A DNA stretch of 64,000 nt from Christensenellales bacterium (GTDB lineage: Bacteria > Bacillota > Clostridia > Christensenellales > UBA3700). Made by a program: the position numbers and the translations under genes. The stretch spans positions 16,456 to 80,455 of the forward strand of contig JBJETQ010000002.1 of the NCBI GenBank assembly GCA_051883395.1, in the 5' to 3' direction. Of the stretch, positions 62,105 to 64,000 are shown in pieces; positions within the stretch are counted from its first letter, which is position 1, and the number at the start of each line of letters is the position of its first letter. Below the pieces are notes generated by a model, which saw nothing but the letters and a program-made list of their open reading frames with translations, did not search any database and was not told the origin of the DNA.

Positions 62105-63208
62105 TTACAGCAGAATGCTAAGCACTACGCCGCCTGCAATGGCAGAAGCGATTTGTCCCGACACGTTGCATCCTATCGAGTGCATCAACAAGTGATTTTG
62201 CGGGTCGGCTTCCAGTCCCATTTTGTGGACTATTCTTGCCGACATCGGAAATGCCGATATTCCTGCCGCACCTATCATAGGATTGATTTTCTTTTTGCTG
62301 AATATATTCATAATCTTTGCAAGCATAACTCCCGCAACGGTATCAAATACAAATGCACACAGTCCCAGTCCCATTATCATAAGCGTCTCTACTCTCAGGA
62401 AGTATTCCGCCTTCATCTGCGACGCAATCGTCAGCCCCAACAAAAGAGTTATCAGATTGGCAAGTACCTTCTGAGCCGTCTCCGACAGATTGTCTAGCAC
62501 TCCGCATTCTCTGATAAGATTGCCGAACATCAGACAGCCGACAAGCGATATTGACATAGGAGCAATAATGCCCGCAATGATTGTTACTACGATAGGGAAA
62601 AGTATTTTTGTAAGTTTGCTCACCTTTTTTGGATTGTATTCCATACGTATTTTGCGTTCTTTTTCCGTCGTGATGAGTTTGATGACGGTAGGCTGAATAA
62701 TAGGTACGAGAGCCATATATGAATATGCCACCACCGTAATTGCGCCAAGATATTTGCTGCCCAGAGCATTGGCAACGAAAATCGAAGTAGGTCCGTCCGC
62801 CGCACCTATTATACCGATAGACGCCGCATCTGCTATGTCAAACCCAAGCAGCGTTGCCAGAACGATGGTCGCAAAAATTCCGAATTGAGCGCCGGCGCCG
62901 AAAATAAATAGCTTGGGGTTGGAAAGCAGCGGTCCGAAGTCAATCATAGCGCCTATACCGATAAACAGCAACAGCGGAAAGGCTTCCGCACCGTCTATTC
63001 CTATGTTGAACAACCAACCTATGATGCCGTCGCTGTCCGCCAGCGTTGACAAAGGAAGGTTGACCAGTATTGCGCCAAAGCCCATTGGCAAAAGCAACGC
63101 AGGCTCCATTTCTTTGACGATTGCAAGTACGATAAGCACAAGTCCGATAATTATCATCACCACTTGTTGCCACGTTATTGCAGATATTCCTTCAATCAAA
63201 AACTCCAT
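62105..63208 (-). CDS. Na+-translocating decarboxylase beta subunit (OadB/GcdB/MmdB family)
   Basis: 367 aa. N-terminus ITWQQVVMIIIGLVLIVLAIVKEMEPALLLPMGFGAILVNLP and the polytopic pattern are typical of the family. Confidence 0.85.
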   Translation of the reverse strand: MEFLIEGISAITWQQVVMIIIGLVLIVLAIVKEMEPALLLPMGFGAILVNLPLSTLADSDGIIGWLFNIGIDGAEAFPLLLFIGIGAMIDFGPLLSNPKLFIFGAGAQFGIFATIVLATLLGFDIADAASIGIIGAADGPTSIFVANALGSKYLGAITVVAYSYMALVPIIQPTVIKLITTEKERKIRMEYNPKKVSKLTKILFPIVVTIIAGIIAPMSISLVGCLMFGNLIRECGVLDNLSETAQKVLANLITLLLGLTIASQMKAEYFLRVETLMIMGLGLCAFVFDTVAGVMLAKIMNIFSKKKINPMIGAAGISAFPMSARIVHKMGLEADPQNHLLMHSIGCNVSGQIASAIAGGVVLSILL

Positions 63209-63235
63209 ATACTTCTCCTTATATGAAATAGATTT

Positions 63236-63279
63236 TAAACAAAAAGACTATATTCTGCCTTGATGCAAAATATAGTCTT
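63236..63279 (-). terminator. Leader terminator (attenuator) upstream of the decarboxylase beta gene
   Basis: On the minus strand, AAGACTATATT-ttgcatcaaggcag-AATATAGTCTT is followed by TTTGTTT. It lies between the predicted promoter and the ATG at 63208. Confidence 0.6.
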
Positions 63280-63375
63280 GCTAATTGTGATTGAACCAGA
63301 AAGTTGACTTCCAGGTTGTTGGCTCAACCGCATATCGCTATGCCAGCTACTCCCTATATATTTGATTGTATAATT

Positions 63376-63404
63376 ATATTACCAATAATATGACGCAAAG
63401 TCAA
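63376..63404 (-). promoter_or_regulatory. Promoter for the decarboxylase beta/gamma genes
   Basis: The minus strand reads TTGACT-17 nt-TAATAT with an extended -10 TG (TGGTAATAT). This gives a leader of about 160 nt. Confidence 0.55.
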
Positions 63405-63437
63405 TCGTATATAACAAATTTGTCCCGACGTCTTTAC

Positions 63438-63466
63438 TTGACCACACCGCCTTTACGCTATATAAT
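63438..63466 (+). promoter_or_regulatory. Near-consensus sigma-A promoter
   Basis: TTGACC-17 nt-TATAAT, ending 6 nt upstream of the small-ORF ATG, which implies a very short leader. Confidence 0.6.
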
Positions 63467-63472
63467 ATTGGT

Positions 63473-63643
63473 ATGGAAAACAAAGAAATATACGTGGTAC
63501 AAGAAATTTGCGGCGACTATGCCGTGTTGAGAGCCGAAAACGGCGACCTGTTGGATATAAGCGTCTTTTTGTTGCCTTACGACCTGATGATTGGCGACAA
63601 ACTGGAATGCGTCAACATGCTGGAATATCGTAAAATCCAATAA
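63473..63643 (+). CDS. Small protein, DUF3006-like (56 aa), not in the ORF track
   Basis: My translation gives MENKEIYVVQEICGDYAVLRAENGDLLDISVFLLPYDLMIGDKLECVNMLEYRKIQ. The pattern I..V..I.gd.AvLe.e.G....i....LP......GD resembles DUF3006. Confidence 0.5.
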   Translation: MENKEIYVVQEICGDYAVLRAENGDLLDISVFLLPYDLMIGDKLECVNMLEYRKIQ

Positions 63644-63663
63644 AAAGTCGATACGTATCGCAA
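63642..63663 (+). repeat. Recurrent A-run/palindrome element (14/16)
   Basis: AAAAA GTCGATACGTATCG CAA, beginning inside the TAA stop of the small ORF. Confidence 0.75.
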
Positions 63664-63674
63664 TTTTAGTATTT

Positions 63675-63710
63675 AGGGCAGATACCGCATGGTATCTGCC
63701 CTTGACTTTT
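63675..63710. terminator. Hairpin terminator between convergent genes
   Basis: AGGGCAGATACC-gcat-GGTATCTGCCCT followed by TGACTTTT. Confidence 0.6.
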
Positions 63711-64000
63711 ACAACAAGCTCTTGTAGAGCGCAATAATGTCTTCTTTGGTAGGGTCCTTAGGATTGCCAGGTCTGCAAGCGTCATCCATAGCCGACTGCG
63801 CAAGGAAGTCGATGTCTTCTTCTTTGACGATAGCTTTGAGATCTTGCGGAATTCCTACGTCTATCGAAAGTTGTCTGACTGCGTCGACAGCAGCCTTGCG
63901 ATATTCTTCCTGAGTCATATCGTCTACGCCCTGTACGCCCATAGCACGAGCTATTTCTCTATACTTTTCTCCCGTTGCTTCGGCATTGTATGCCATAACG
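63709..64000 (-). CDS. Iron-containing alcohol dehydrogenase, C-terminal ~96 codons (FucO/lactaldehyde reductase-like; gene continues past the window end)
   Basis: ...YNAEATGEKYREIARAMGVQGVDDMTQEEYRKAAVDAVRQLSIDVGIPQDLKAIVKEEDIDFLAQSAMDDACRPGNPKDPTKEDIIALYKSLL is colinear with the E. coli FucO C-terminus as I recall it. The frame is open to the window edge. Confidence 0.8.
   Translation of the reverse strand, partial: VMAYNAEATGEKYREIARAMGVQGVDDMTQEEYRKAAVDAVRQLSIDVGIPQDLKAIVKEEDIDFLAQSAMDDACRPGNPKDPTKEDIIALYKSLL

Noticed and set aside
252-63663. Interpreting the GTCGATACGTATCGAC element simply as a rho-independent terminator
   Set aside because: On the transcribed strand the stem is followed by an A-run, not a U-run, and the stem is only about 6 bp. 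Separate canonical terminators sit beside at least four copies. It is kept as an unexplained oriented element instead.
1-64000. Mobile element, prophage or defence island
   Set aside because: I recognised no integrase, transposase, recombinase, restriction-modification, toxin-antitoxin or phage structural genes. The tRNA genes are not flanked by direct repeats or integrase. Gene content is overwhelmingly housekeeping and co-oriented.

Overview
This is a 64-kb chromosomal window from a moderate-GC, spore-forming Bacillota (Clostridia-like) genome. That placement is inferred from GerQ/CwlJ, WhiA, a TRAP homologue, QueT with a preQ1-I riboswitch, and ComEC-HolA. I count about 58 protein genes, almost all on the minus strand, and two tRNA-Leu genes. 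I saw no rRNA, CRISPR array, transposase, integrase or phage genes, so this is core chromosome rather than an obvious island. Content is mostly housekeeping: dnaE, holA, comEC, murB, whiA, cdaA, lysC, purF, asnA, carAB, pfkA/pfp, ppa, alr/dat, and a sulfatase with its maturase. The points most worth a second look are: (1) a carA whose glutaminase Cys-His-Glu triad appears entirely substituted, coupled to a carB fused in frame to a DapF-like domain in which the second catalytic Cys reads as Ser, behind a leader with a terminator and a 16-codon uORF; (2) a 76-aa TRAP (MtrB) homologue translationally coupled to pfkA; (3) a recurrent oriented intergenic element, A-run + GTCGATACGTATCGAC + A-run, always in the sense orientation of the flanking genes; (4) a 1417-aa single-pass membrane protein built from five copies of an unrecognised module, preceded by a 430-bp array of degenerate hairpin-containing repeats; (5) an operon of an SCP2-like protein, two Fe-ADH-fold proteins with degenerate active sites and queH, divergent from a preQ1-riboswitch queT; (6) a terminator-containing leader upstream of an orphan Na+-decarboxylase beta/gamma pair. 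All family calls come from motif recognition by eye. None has been checked against a database.
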